Source: Gonapodya sp. JEL0774 (Eukaryota). From it: DNA of 64,000 nucleotides. A program made the position numbers and the translations under genes. The notes beneath the pieces were generated by a model. The model was not told where the DNA came from, did no database searches, and saw only the letters and a list, made by a program, of their open reading frames with translations. Numbering within the stretch: the first letter of the stretch is position 1; the number at the start of each line of letters is the position of its first letter. The stretch covers positions 1 to 64,000 of the forward strand of contig JADIIX010000126.1 in assembly GCA_027604505.1 (NCBI GenBank), written 5' to 3'. Below are positions 30,858-43,498 of this stretch, piece after piece.

Positions 30858-30953
30858 GGCAGACATGACTAAAACCTGTGTCGAGGTCCCGGATTCCGCA
30901 CCCACTCTGCCCCTAATTTATCTTCTCTATCAGGAGATACATGAATTCTAAAA

Positions 30954-31040
30954 CACGTTGAAAAGCGAGGTGCCTCGCTTCCTGGTCGGCGCGGTTTACC
31001 TCGCCCCGAGGTTGCACACAATCATGGTGAGCACGTGCTC
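30954..31040 (+). promoter_or_regulatory. Putative Pho4/bHLH boxes upstream of PHO81
   Basis: CACGTT at 30954-30959 and CACGTG at 31032-31037 (inside the palindrome GAGCACGTGCTC), about 90-170 bp upstream of the PHO81 ATG. Confidence 0.55.
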
Positions 31041-31126
31041 CGAACACCAAGCCGGGCAGCAGCAGCATCGATCAAACAAAGTTTCAAAGACAAACCTAAC
31101 ATTACAACCCGAGAAATAGAGCAGAA

Positions 31127-34100
31127 ATGAAGGTGATTTGGCAGCATCGGTACCCGCGCGCAGGTCCCCAGTAAAGATGTTCATGGAAATTTGTTTCCCC
31201 ATTTCTGGTCGCGGACTATACCCATTCCCACCGAAACTGGCGCTCTTTTTTCAAATTCGGCACGATCTTCTCTGCTCTTGTGCGATCTTGCCCTTCCCGG
31301 GCTCAAACGATCGCGCATGTCTTTGTGAACCACGATTCGGCATCATGACGAACTCAGTTTGGGAAGTTCATTCAGACTCAGCAGTCTGAATGGCAGGGAC
31401 ATTACATGTCTTACAAAGGTACGTTAAACCTTCTTCCTTGTAAGAATAGCGAGGTGAAAGAAGGAGTGTGGACGGTGGATTCAGGGAAACTGCTGTGGGA
31501 AGCCTGGTATGTTGTGATTTGGACACTTTGCGCATCCTTCTGCGAACATTTAACACCCAACTGTCTATCTTTTCTGGAGTTCGGGTGCTTCCTTCAGCCA
31601 ATCATCGTCAGCTGGACCGTTTGAGTGCAGGCTTCTGTGACTCGTACCGTAGGGTCTACTGTTGTGTTTGGCGGATCCCAGACTGCTTATAAACAAGTGA
31701 TCATGACGTGCGAGGAATGTTATTTGGGACGACCGTCTCTTAATTGGGTCCACGGCCATTCGACTATTACTTGCATCCGATTACCCCTTGACCCACCGTA
31801 ACCCACCCACCAGGCTTGAAAAAGATAATCAACTCCCTCGAAGCACTTCCTTCCACATCAACGCTCTACTCTATCACCGTTGTTGCCGCTGCACCTCCTC
31901 TGCTCCCACCATCATCCTCTCCATCTGGGTCTGGGACGCCTGAACTGCATTCCACCACCAACCCACCTCTTTCACAAACGGAAACAGGAACCGCGGCGGG
32001 GTCGGCGACTACCAAAATCGTTCAAGGACCGGAGACGAGAGAGATGAGAGCCATGAAAACGGCATTCTTTTACAGGTTGGAGAGGGAATTGGAGAAGGTG
32101 TGTATTGGGTTGCGCGCTGCGGGACCGTTCGCATCTGTGAAAAGGGGAAACGAAGATGTATATACTGGTATCACGGGTCTCAAACCATTGCGAAAGACCT
32201 ACACAAGATGCAATGATTCCGTCGCCCGCATTCTCGCCAACAAATATGCACCCCATTTGATCACAGGTGAACACCTTCTACTTGCAAAAAGAATCCGAAC
32301 TGAAAGTGCGCCTCCGATCCTTGGAGGATAAGAAACGTCTCGTGGCGTCCCGGCAACGGAGGCTTGACGCTTTGTCTGCCCAGGGGGGACAGATTGGAGG
32401 AAAGTCCAGGGTGGACGTGGCAGCACTGCAAGGGCTCCGAGAAGGTTTCTTGGGATTTTTAGGGGAGTTGATGAAGGTGCAGGTGGGTTCTCCATCGCAG
32501 TAATGTGGTTGGTTCCCAGGGTGTAGAAATTGTAACCCTTGTTTCCCCTCACCTTTCACTAATAGAAATTCGTCGACATAAACGCCACAGGATTTCGCAA
32601 AATTCTCAAAAAGTGGGACAAGCGCTCCCACACCGCCCCAACGAAGGACCTCTATCTTGCCCGCCAGGTTGAAATCCAGCCTGTATTTTCGCACCGCGAT
32701 GTAATGGCTGAACTGAACGATCGGGGTTCTGTCAATCTCCAAGAAGTGGAGGGGATATTGGAGTCAGTGGGAGTGGGGGAAGTTGGTGGGGCAACAGATT
32801 TGGCACACGAGGTGGAAGGGAGGGAACGGACACTGCGGAGGGGTTTGCAAGATGGTGACGATGAAGTCTCGGATGGACCTTTGGATGAGCTGGAACTTGC
32901 AGAGAGGAGAGAAGCTCGAATCGCTGCTGCTGGGTCGGGTGGCGCGGAGGTGTCTCCTTTGACTGCTGCGGCCGCCCACGCGGTGCACGAAGCCGCGACT
33001 GGTAAGTTGACGAGTGGAAGAGGTGGAACGAGTTGGTCTTCATTTTCGGGAGGGCCAGGGACTGGTATGGCAATGAGCACTCCAGGATCCGGCGCTCTCT
33101 CGGCAGCGGAGTCGGACTTTTACTTGGATTTAGAACAGCAAATCGCACATGCAGCGAGAGAGAGTAGATTCAAGGACATGCAAGAGGCTCTAGACAAGAG
33201 GAAGGCGCACATCAGTGGTGGCATGGGCGGTTTGTCCACGTTAGTACTTCCACCATCATCGTTTGTCGGTGTCAGTGCAACGGCCTCCTCAACAACGACG
33301 ACATCGTCAATACAAAAGACGCCACCCGCAGGTCCGCTCGCCGACGCGCAGACCCGCCTCATTGACTCGCCAATCCCGGCCACCGCTCCCGATATCCCCG
33401 CAACGTTGACCACCAGTCCACCAGCACCCCCAACTGACTCAAACTTTGTATCTCGCATGTTTTTGAGACTTTGCGCTGATGCTCCCATGCCTGCACTGAT
33501 GACCCTCCTGGAATCAGGAGAGGTAGACCCTGGTTACCGGGACGATATTTCCGATCGGACCGCCCTACATGAGATCGCGATTGTTGGAAGATTGGATGTT
33601 TTGAGAGAACTCGTCAAGTACATTGAGGAGTGGAAAGTGGGAAGAATGTGGCCGACTGAGCCCGGTGGGGGCGTTACGCCTGCTTTGGAGCCCTCTCCCG
33701 GTGTAAGAGACAGGGGTCTGCTGAGCGCGGTGGAGATTCACAATCGAACACCATTGCACTATGTTGCCATGTATGGACACGTCGAGTGCGCCCGCCTTCT
33801 GCTTGCGCATGGTGCTTCCTTAGAAGAGCAGGATTTGGATGGCTCCACACCACTCGTGCATGCTATTGCGGGTGGACACGTCGAGGTTGTTAAGACATTT
33901 CTGGATCATGGTGTGAATGTGGAGCCAGCCCAGGAGAGTGACCCCGTGCCGCTCTGTCTCGCATGCGCGGGTGGTAAAAAGGAGATCGTGCGGCTGCTGT
34001 TGGAAAAGGGAGCGAAAATGAACGTTGCAGATGCGGAGGGATTGTACCCGCTGCATATTTCGGCGAGGGCAGGAAACGCTGGCATTTGCAAACTCTTAAT

Positions 34101-36635
34101 CGATCGCAAAGCAGATGCGGACTCGTTAGACAGGTACAATGGTTGGACACCACTGTTTTATGCCGCGTCCGAAGGCAACCGGGAGGTTGTAAAAACTTTA
34201 CTGGATGCCGGTGTTGCTATCGATGTCCGAGATGAGAGTGGCTGGGACGCTGCGGCATATGCTGTATATCGAGGGCACGTCGCCGTCGGTGCGATGCTTC
34301 GGAGACAACGAGGAGTTGACTTACAGACAATTGCACAAGCACCACGGTCTGACATACAAGTGCCGGCTTCAGTGTCTAGTGCTATGGGAGGACTCGTCGC
34401 CAATCCCCCATCCCCACCCGACAACAACAACTCTGATCATCACCAACCCATAACCCCATCCGCGTTTTTTGCTGTACCCAGCGGTCCTGTTCCTCCCCTA
34501 ATTGAAACTGTCGCTGGGCGACCCCAACTAGCTCACGTTTCACAAGAGCTAGCGTCTCCAAGGATTTCGGCATCGGCGAACGTCCCGTCATTGGACGACT
34601 TACCGCCTTTAGACGATTTAGATGTCTTGACAGAGTCGCAAGTGGATGTAGGAGTGATTCCTCCGTTGAGTTTGCCGCCCCCAATTGTTCCATTCCGGTG
34701 AGTGCTTCATTTCTATGATCGGTAGAGAACATGCCCTCGTCGTGGGACTCATTCGAGGCAAATGTTTTGAAGGATATATGGCCACAACTTCCTGGATCAA
34801 AGAACGTATGTGCAAATCAAGCTCGGTCACCGTCCAAAATCGTACGGCGCTGGGGTCCGTCGGGACCCTGTCGCACTCTTCGGCTCACGGCAACTTTCCT
34901 CGCTGAAGTTGATTATCTCAGCGAAACCGGAAAGCGGAGGCTCACTTCCTTACAACATCATTCTGCCCCTCAAGGATGACAGCGAGGTCTTCACCTTTCT
35001 TGTAGATTCTTTCCCCACCCTCCAGTTCGACATCTACCCCACATTCGGTACAAAAGTTATCGCTCGAGGTACCCTATTGCCGTCCACCCTTGGCCTTATA
35101 AGTCGTGAAGGACGCGGTGATGGGTCAGGGGTGGCTGAGCGATGCATTGTGCCGCTGATTGACACTCACCTTAGAGTTGTCGGCGAAATGTGCTTCGAAT
35201 GCGAAATTGTCAATCCATTCCGGCACAAGGGCGTTGTAATCGGGGGGAGGGTTGATACTTATTGGAAGAGTACAAGGGTAAGTTTACCTGTGACGTTGCG
35301 GAGTTTGCTCTCATTTATCGCCATGTTTCTTCTTGAAGGTGGTTTCAACCATACGGGCCCCTTCATCCTCAAACTTTCCCGAAGCACTTGCCACTTCCAC
35401 TGAAACTTGGGCCGCTAACTCGGGTGGGATGGCCGTCAACACTCTTCTGCAACAACAACCACACCTTGCGGTCCCTTTGAACTCTGCACCTTCCGTTCAG
35501 TCGTTCGTGGAAGCAAGCTCCCTTGCAGAAGAATACATAATCCTACCGGTCCAACTGACTCGAGATGGTGTTCCAGTCGTCTTTCCCGATTGGTACGTCA
35601 GGATCGGTGGTGACAAAGGGAGCTCCAATGGGAGCTCGATTCCGATATCAGCCGATCCCTCATTCGAAGATCTGGAAGGAGGCATTCTGGTATCTATTGC
35701 CGACATCAGTGCTGCCAAATTCAAGCAATTGGGCGAGAAGACTTCATCGAAAAGACGTTTGTTAGCATCGAATCAATCAGCGGACGGCGAGCCTCTCACA
35801 AGCACCGAACTGGTGAAGTTGGTCCATGAAAGCTTTTTCACTTTGGATGAGGTTCTAGAGGTACGCCCGGTGTATTAGTAAACTGCGGTTTTCAGTGCTG
35901 ACGCGCATGATATCCCGTGCAGTCCGTTTCTACTCGAACTGGGGTCAATATTGAAATAAAATACCCGACGAGTTCACAGCAAGCGCTTCTGAAAACCTCA
36001 GCGGACCGCCATTCTGTTAATTCAACTGTTGACGCAGTTCTTAAAAGTGTTTACGGCCAAGTTGGGAAACGAAGCGAACAGCGGAGCATCATCTTCATGA
36101 GCTCCAATCCCGCCGTATGCACTGCCACCAACTGGAAGCAACCCAACTATGCGGTGTTCTTCCGCACTAATGCGGGTTATCCTTCACTTTTGCTACAACA
36201 CCTTCAACAAACCAGTGCCAATCAACCCGGAACTCTTTCAGACCAAGTAGAGTTGCTTAACCCTTCTGCCATCGACAGTAATCCAGAAGAGGAATTTGTG
36301 GAAGAGGCAATAGAGAGTGATGAGAGGTGCAAGAGCATCAAAGAGGCTATTCGCTTTGCGAGGACTGGTAATCTGCTTGGGATTGTCTGTGAGGCGAGGC
36401 CGCTGGTGAGTGAAGAGAATTATAGGCAAGTACTTCACAAAATGAAGAGTCCTTTCTTTTTTTTTAAAAAAAGGTGGAAGTATCAGCGTTGATTAACACG
36501 GTCAAGGAGAGTGGTTTGATATTGGCCACATTTGGTGAGACCAACTCTGTTCCGGCGAATGTGACCGCGCAGCATTTAAACGGCGTAGACGCTATAGTAA
36601 TAGATGATGTCATGAGATACAGTGTAGCATATTGA
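31127..36635 (+). CDS. PHO81: SPX-ankyrin-pseudoGDPD CDK inhibitor Pho81/NUC-2
   Basis: MK|FGKFIQ..YMSYK|GLKKII, FFYRLERELEKV and INATGFRKILKKWDK (SPX); ankyrin repeats (RTPLHYVAMYGH, YPLHISARAGN, WTPLFYAASEG); PPPIVPFR..YGHNFL, YWKST, VQLTRDGVPV and NWKQPNY. It lacks the GHRG catalytic motif of Gde1. Confidence 0.88.
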
Positions 36636-36797
36636 ATAGGGATCAGCGAAGATACCCTGTGGATCGAAGGTTGCCTGACTTCCCCAGGCTCCGGTTCACC
36701 AGATCAGTGGATTTCTTTCGTCGAGTTTGGATTTGATATCCAGTTTATTTTGGATTTGGGGACTTCCGGATTCTGCCATTAATCGTTGCCGATCACA

Positions 36798-38514
36798 ATG
36801 CCGTGCTGCAGTTCGAGTCCAGATGAAACGGACGCTCGGAGAGAGTCCAAAAAGATAGATCAGCAGCTGAAGAAGGACAAAAAGAACTTTCTTAAATTAC
36901 TTCTGCTAGGTATGTACAATCTGGACTTCGAGCACAGATCAGCTTGGGAGTCTGCGTGCTTGGCTCTTCCAAACATGTCCGCGGATGGAACACTCATTGC
37001 AAGTACTATGTAGCTGCGCATTAATCAGCATAAATTGTGATTCTTCGTCTCAGGAACCGGTGACAGTGGGAAGTCCACCATCATCAAACAGTTTCGCATT
37101 CTTTATGACTCAGGATTCTCCGAGGACTATTGTATGCAACTAAAACCTACAATCCTGTATTCTTTACATGCAAGTGTAAGGTAAGCCGAATGATGCGTTC
37201 TTGATCTACAAATCTCAACATCCCTGCTGAACTTTTCGTCGGTGGTTGCAAGAACCATCCACGCAGCAGTGACAGGCGAAAGGAGACTATCACCAGAACT
37301 GCAAATCTCGGAATCAGAGAAAGCGGAATGGGAGGTCGGACTGTGATAGTACGCCTCGCTTTGTGGCATCATCTGACAACAATTCTCTTCAGAGCATAAT
37401 TGCCAAACTTGAAAGCTACCCTACTACGATAAACGCCAACACTATCATTCCACGAGAGCTTGTTCCTGCACTAGAATCTTTTTGGGCGCACCGCGTAACT
37501 CAAATGGTTTGGGCTCGACGGAACGAGGTTCCACTCCTGCCCGAGTGTACGCGACCGTAAGATTCGGAAGAAAGATATCAACATGCCTGAAAGCGGTTGC
37601 AACAACCATCTCTTCCTCATATTCTAGATTCTTTACGGACGTATCTCGTGTTTGCGCTCCAAACTACATCCCTAATACCCAGGACGTCCTGCATACTCGC
37701 ATAATGACGACAGGCATAACCGATTATGCATTCAAAATTAGCTATAATGTTTGGCACTTTTACGATGTTGGGGGACAGCGGACAGAACGGAGGAAATGGC
37801 CGGCATATTTTGACGATTGTGTTGCGATCATCTATGTGGTGGATGTTTCGGCCTTCAACTCTGTGCTCTATGAGGATGGACAAACGAACCGAATGGCAAG
37901 TATCTGAGCAAGCCACCAGTTTGTCCACATGACACCGCTCACTTACCTGACCCCCAATTTCTGCAGGTGGAGGCTCAAACAGCCTTCAAGACGGTCTGTT
38001 CCAACACATTGTTGAAGAACATTCCCATAATTCTCTTCCTCAATAAAATCGACCTGCTGAAAGAGAAGTTGGCAAATGGTTTTAAAGTAAAAGATTATAT
38101 CCCCGAATACGAGGGTAAGTGCCAGGTTCGTTCGCAATGTGTCTCAAGAACCCCACCATCTCCTGTTCCGTCCCCAATTAGGTGACAACTCATACAGCTC
38201 AATTATCAAACATTTCGAAAATACCTTCATCAGCCTCAACACCTTTCAAAACCGATCCATTTATGTCTACTCAACTTGGGCAACAGACACCAACCAGGTG
38301 AAAACTGTGCTGGCAACAGTAAGGTGAGCTAGGGTGCACTCGAGATCTCTGTTTTGAAGGCACTATTTCACTTGTGGTGTCCGAATCTCCAACCTAATCG
38401 AACAACTGCCATCACTTATCTCTTGCCTTTGCACCCTTCGCACGCACTTTTCTGTCTCATCCATCCAGGGAGATAATGCAAGACCTGGCTCTCAAACAGG
38501 CCGGGTTCACATAA
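36798..38514 (+). CDS. Heterotrimeric G-protein alpha subunit (divergent)
   Basis: KLLLLG|TGDSGKSTIIKQ (G1), DVLHTRIMTTG (G2), DVGGQRTERRKW (G3), LFLNKIDL (G4) and TWATDT (G5). Confidence 0.95.
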
Positions 38515-38882
38515 CGGTAGTAGCTTTTAATTGGAACCTAGATTCGTATGGAGAGACGTATATTACTTGCCTAGCGACAGGCGGATCGGCATTTGCATTC
38601 ATGCCGAAAAGAAGTCAATAATGATCTCAATTTTGACCGATTTGTTTGGAAGAGTGCACAGTATGCACCCAATTGTGGTGTTACTTCACATGTATACTTT
38701 CAGTTCTCCTACCTACACCCTCTCGTCATTTTGCCCCTCGTCCTCATCACGCACAATAGCTGCTGGTCAAGTGCAGTTCATCGCCAGCTCCCGTCCTTCG
38801 ATAAACTATGTCATCTATAAAGTCACATCACGAAACAATACGCCTCAACACTAAACGTATTGCGATCTCGTGAGGCCAAAGC

Positions 38883-40080
38883 TCAAAAGTCCTTTCCCTC
38901 GTAGAATTTTTGCAGGAAGGTCTTTCGGTTCATTTTCTCCTCCATCGCCTGAGTGTCGGCCTCGAAAATTCTGATGATGAATGACGCAGTGGGATTGTGA
39001 CACGAGAGGTGGCGAGGTGTGGTGAGATCGTGGAAGTTGGGTGGAAAGGTGACAGCCAAGAGAGCGATCATGAATGAACGACACACAAGTGAACGAATTC
39101 AAATTGCAAACAGAGTCTCCATCAACAAGGAGTACCATGTTTTTCATAATGCGGGATCTCCTGCCACGTACGGCCCACAGATGGCGGTCCTGAACCGGGA
39201 AGACTCCGACCGCTCACAAAGATGGGATCTCTTCTTTGTGAAACGGAATCTCCTGTTACATTTGAATCATGAGAATCCAGACACCGATATGCTCCAGCTC
39301 ATGAGTCGCATTTTGGTCCTGTGTTGCTATAAGACAAACAAATAAACACCGCATGCCGACCACCCGTCCGCCCGTCCGCCCGCCCTTTCACGCCCGCCCT
39401 TTCACTCCTCCCACAACTCACCTCATTACATGGCTTTTTTGTTGCCAGTGGTTGAGCATCTCCTCCAGATCCTTTTGACTCTTGAAAATGGCTCTGTTTA
39501 TTTGGCCCACGTCCCGCAGATGTCTGTTGCGCTCGAATTCCAGGCGGATCCGCTGGCGGAATTGAGACGCGGGCATGTCAAGCCAATGGAAGTCGATAAT
39601 GTCAGGGGTCTGGTGTGTTGTATGGGGTATGGGGAGAGGATTGTCATGTCAGAACCACTGGGGAGTTACAGATGTGGTCGAATTCCACCTCTCCAAACAC
39701 GTAAGCACTAAATAAATCTCCTCTGACGAAGAACGACAAACCAAAGGCCCTGCGTGTATAATCGTACATATCTGTGATCCTTCAAAATTCCAGATTCCCA
39801 GCAGACTCAACGGTCTCATCCAAGAGTACCGATGCAAGTAAAGCGGCCCCATGGCATCACATCTTTGTCAATAGCTAAGCAATCGTCCCGTATGTGACTG
39901 TGTCTCAGCGTTTTTCGCGGATGAAGCTCTGTTCTTCTCAACATTCCATGACCGCCGCACACATGTATCAATTCTTCAACGTACCGCCCTCAGCCATTGC
40001 CTGTACAGTCTCAGGGCGTTTAACCGGGCCTCTTCGGGTGTGCGGGCGAGTTGAGCGGGAACAGCTTTCACGAGCGACAT
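38883..40080 (-). CDS. NDUFA6: Complex I LYR-motif accessory subunit B14/NB4M
   Basis: Three exons (40080-39985, 39609-39422, 38970-38883): MSLVKAVPAQLARTPEEARLNALRLYRQWLRA|TPDIIDFHWLDMPASQFRQRIRLEFERNRHLRD..EMLNHWQQKSHVMR|IFEAD..TFLQKFYEGKDF*. Confidence 0.9.
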
Positions 40081-40672
40081 TGTGGGGTGGATGGCGAAAA
40101 GGTTTGGGTTCAGAGGAAAACAACCGAGATCAACTCTGCGCCAAAATAAGTGAGAAGAGAGAAGGATGCCGGAACTGGCGGTGGGAGGTTCCCGTCCACT
40201 GTTCTGTCAAAGATGTGGTTCCACGCTCCGAGCAAAGCACAGTATGCGACCGACGCGAAGCGACAACAAAAAGCGGCAACCAGAAGCCGTCTATTGTGAG
40301 AAAAACGGGCGCAGACGAAACGGTGTGTGCAAACCCCCTACTTCAGGTTGGTTGAACCTTTGTTGTCCACCACAGTCCATGCCAACAAAACGAGTGATCC
40401 ACTTCACGAAACGGATTTCTTAGCATACTGAGATAAAACATGCCTACAATACCGTTGTTGGACTTTTTGGACTTTTGTAAGGGGAGTGCCGTGCAGGCAG
40501 TGGAGGGCCAAAATACAGAAGAACTTCTCTGAATCATAAAATTCCTTGGGAAGTTTTTCTTCCAGTAATGTCCTTTCGCCTTGCGGGTGTAGTTCCATCG
40601 GCACGGCAAATGGAGCCGCCGATCCAAACCTTCGAACAGAATCGCGGTCTCTCATCACCAGCGTAAACGACG

Positions 40673-42508
40673 ATGGTTTCCTCTTCATCTTCGACTGGTT
40701 TTGTGTGGGCAGAGCGTTACATGTGTTGGTATCCGCTATGATCGGGAGATTGGCAAATACCTGAGCTCGAATACCTTCCACATCAACAGGGCACGACACC
40801 GGCACAGCGGCGGGATATCTCCCCGCAGGTGGCTATTTCGAACCAGCATCGCATTTCGAGTCCTCTGCGTCCAAGAGGCGCTTCAGAAACCTCGTCGAAG
40901 TCGCGGGCCTGCTTGATAACACACTCACAACAATCAAACCTCGTGAAGCCACAATCGAGGAGATCAAATACTATCACACTGATGAATACATAACACATGT
41001 GAAGAAATGCAGGTGAGTGTACGTGATTTGTTCCTGAAAACGTGTCCATGATCGGTTCTCGGTCCCTCTGCCGATGACTCACCCCTCTAAGCGACCTTGG
41101 TTTCGGTGATGGCGGCGAATTAACTCCAATCGGGAAGCACTCATACGAGATTGCTCTTCTCAGTGCCGGCGGTAAGCTGTGACACTTTTGTACCCTAGGA
41201 AAATTCGGCTCACGCCTGGCACACTAACAGGCTGCATAGAAGCCGTGGACCAAGTCTTAGACGGCAAACTGAAGAATGCTTACGCGCTTAACCGTCCTCC
41301 TGGTCACCACGTACGTCCTCATTGATTCCCCGTATTCTCGAAACATCATCACATCTCTAACCCATGCAAACACCACAGGCTGAAAAAGACAAAGGCCGAG
41401 GCTTCTGTATTTTCAATAACGTTGTCATCGCGGCCGAGCACTGTATCCGGAAACGAGGTTTGAAGAAGGTCGCCATCTTGGACTGGGGTGAGAATCCTGT
41501 ATCAATCCTCACTGGTAGGCTCAACATTCTCCACAAACTCAAACTCCGGATAGACGTGCACCACGGAAATGGGACCCAGAAAGCGTTTTACGGCCGCAAA
41601 GACGTACTCTTCGTGTCCATTCACCAGGACAGGTTCTATCCTCCTGATCTCGGTAACGTGGAGGAGAACGGCGAGGGTGAGGGTTTGGGATACAATGTGA
41701 GATCCATAGCAGCTACGAATGGCGTAGAAATTTCGTGAATGGGTGGTGCGCCATTCTCGATCCCTGTTGCTATTCCGACACCTATCTTCTCCTTCTGCAC
41801 ACCACTTTACGCATCTCCTTTCCTCCCGCCCTTGCAGATCAACGTACCCCTACCCCCGGGCTCCGGCCATGGCGCGTACCTGGATACCATAGAGCGTTTG
41901 GTAATTCCGGCATTTTACCAGTTCAAACCCGACATCATATTGGTGTCGTCTGGTTTCGGTAAGGATACACCAAATTCAGGAACCCGATTGGGGTTACGGG
42001 AGCACACTGTATACTCATCATTGTGATTGTTGCACAGATGCGGGTTTCCTCGACCCCCTCGGCCGCATGATGGCTTACGGCGGTGAGTTTGCTCGTGCAG
42101 AAAAGGATAACTTCCACTCAACCCAACTGACTCTTGTTGAATGTCCATGTGGTCTTACTCTTTCAGAGACGTACCGCCTGATGACACGCATGGTAATGAA
42201 AGCGGCGCACGATTTGTGCCACGATAGGGTTGTCATGGTACACGAAGGAGGGTACTCCCCGGTGTACGTGCCGTGGTGTGGGCTGGGTATGTCAGAACAA
42301 CGATCTTCGGCATGCTTCCGTCCATCCACTGATGTCCCTTGTCCTCACAGCGACCGTCGAGGAGCTGAGCGGCCAGAAAGCCCCCGAGGACTGTGTGGAC
42401 ATTTACGGGACGGCCGTGTTCGCCAACGTGGGCGGGCAAGATCTCCAGCCACATCAGAAGATTTTGATCGATTCTTTGGTGAAAGAAAAGTTGCCGCTTG
42501 TGAAGTAA
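40673..42508 (+). CDS. Class II HDAC-like amidohydrolase of bacterial type (HDAH/PA3774-like), about 10 exons
   Basis: MVSSSSSTGFVWAERYM|WHDTG..SKRRFRNLVEVAGL..SYEIALLSAGG..NAYALNRPPGHH..GFCIFNN..ILDW|DVHHGNGTQ..SIHQD..NVPLPPGSGHGAY..SSGF|DAGFLDPLGRM..HEGGYSPVYVPWCGL|ATVEELSG. Confidence 0.9.
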
Positions 42509-43498
42509 GGAAACGCTAGGGTATGTTGAATCGCGCCATGCGAGGGTTTTGGTAATTGTATTATTTTGGTGCAGAAATGCTATCACGGAGATTGAATAAG
42601 GGGGGAAGAGAGAGAAGTAGCGTCTGGGGCCGTCTCCCGATCACATTGTTGTTGAAGAACACCTTCAAGGAGGGAAAGAAGGAAATAAAAGACGCTGATC
42701 TAACCCAGTCGGAATCGACCAATCCCTGTAATATTATTCTCGGATGCCCTGCACTCTTTTCCGTTTTATCCATGCTGAAGTGTGAGAGGAGGATCGAACG
42801 AACGTTGGGGCGTCGTCCCCGAATGCCGGCGCGTACATACGCAATAAGAGAGCTCGACTCATACCAATTCGCCAACTCCGCGATAAGCGCCGATGCAGAA
42901 AATGTGCCGACGGGGCAGAAGTAATAAGTGTGCGAGGTTGATGTTTGGCCTTCACGCGAACACCTTCCTAAACTGGTCACTAAAACGCGTCAATTCATCC
43001 ATGGTTGAGGAAGATTTTACGTATTTTCAGCACACCGAACCATGCAGGCGACACCTTTTGGCAGTGAGTATCATCACGTTGCAGCTCAACACTTCACTTT
43101 ATTCCCCGTTGGCGGAGACGATAGATAGTTTGCGTTTCCGTCACCGTTCCTGTGATAATTTTCCTGTCGTTCGTGAGAAAGAATGTACAATTGAACCCTC
43201 ATCGTACTCGACACCGGCCATTCTTGCGCCGCAATCCGTTTCTGCCCAGAGTGGGCGTTGTGGCTCTGGTACGGGACATGGTTCCTGTTCGCGAGACACC
43301 CACAAAGGGATCTGCATGCGGGGGACGTTCTGCGCGGAGGGTAAGAAAGAGAGGCATTCTAGAAGTTGGAAGAGAATCAATACCAGAGGTCCTCCAATGA
43401 CGAAGGTGGCACCCCCCTTACTTGTTCATTCTATCTTCACAAAAGAAGCTTTCTTATGGTATATGCATGTATTTATATATGTATATATGTATTTCATC

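Noticed and set aside
31127..36635. GDE1 glycerophosphodiesterase as the identity of the SPX-ANK-GDPD gene
   Set aside because: There is no GHRG catalytic motif after YWKST, and NWKQPNY and YGHNFL fit Pho81/NUC-2.
42556..43400. Short ORFs on both strands between the deacetylase and the giant gene
   Set aside because: No recognisable motif or coherent splice model. They could be UTR or a gene remnant.
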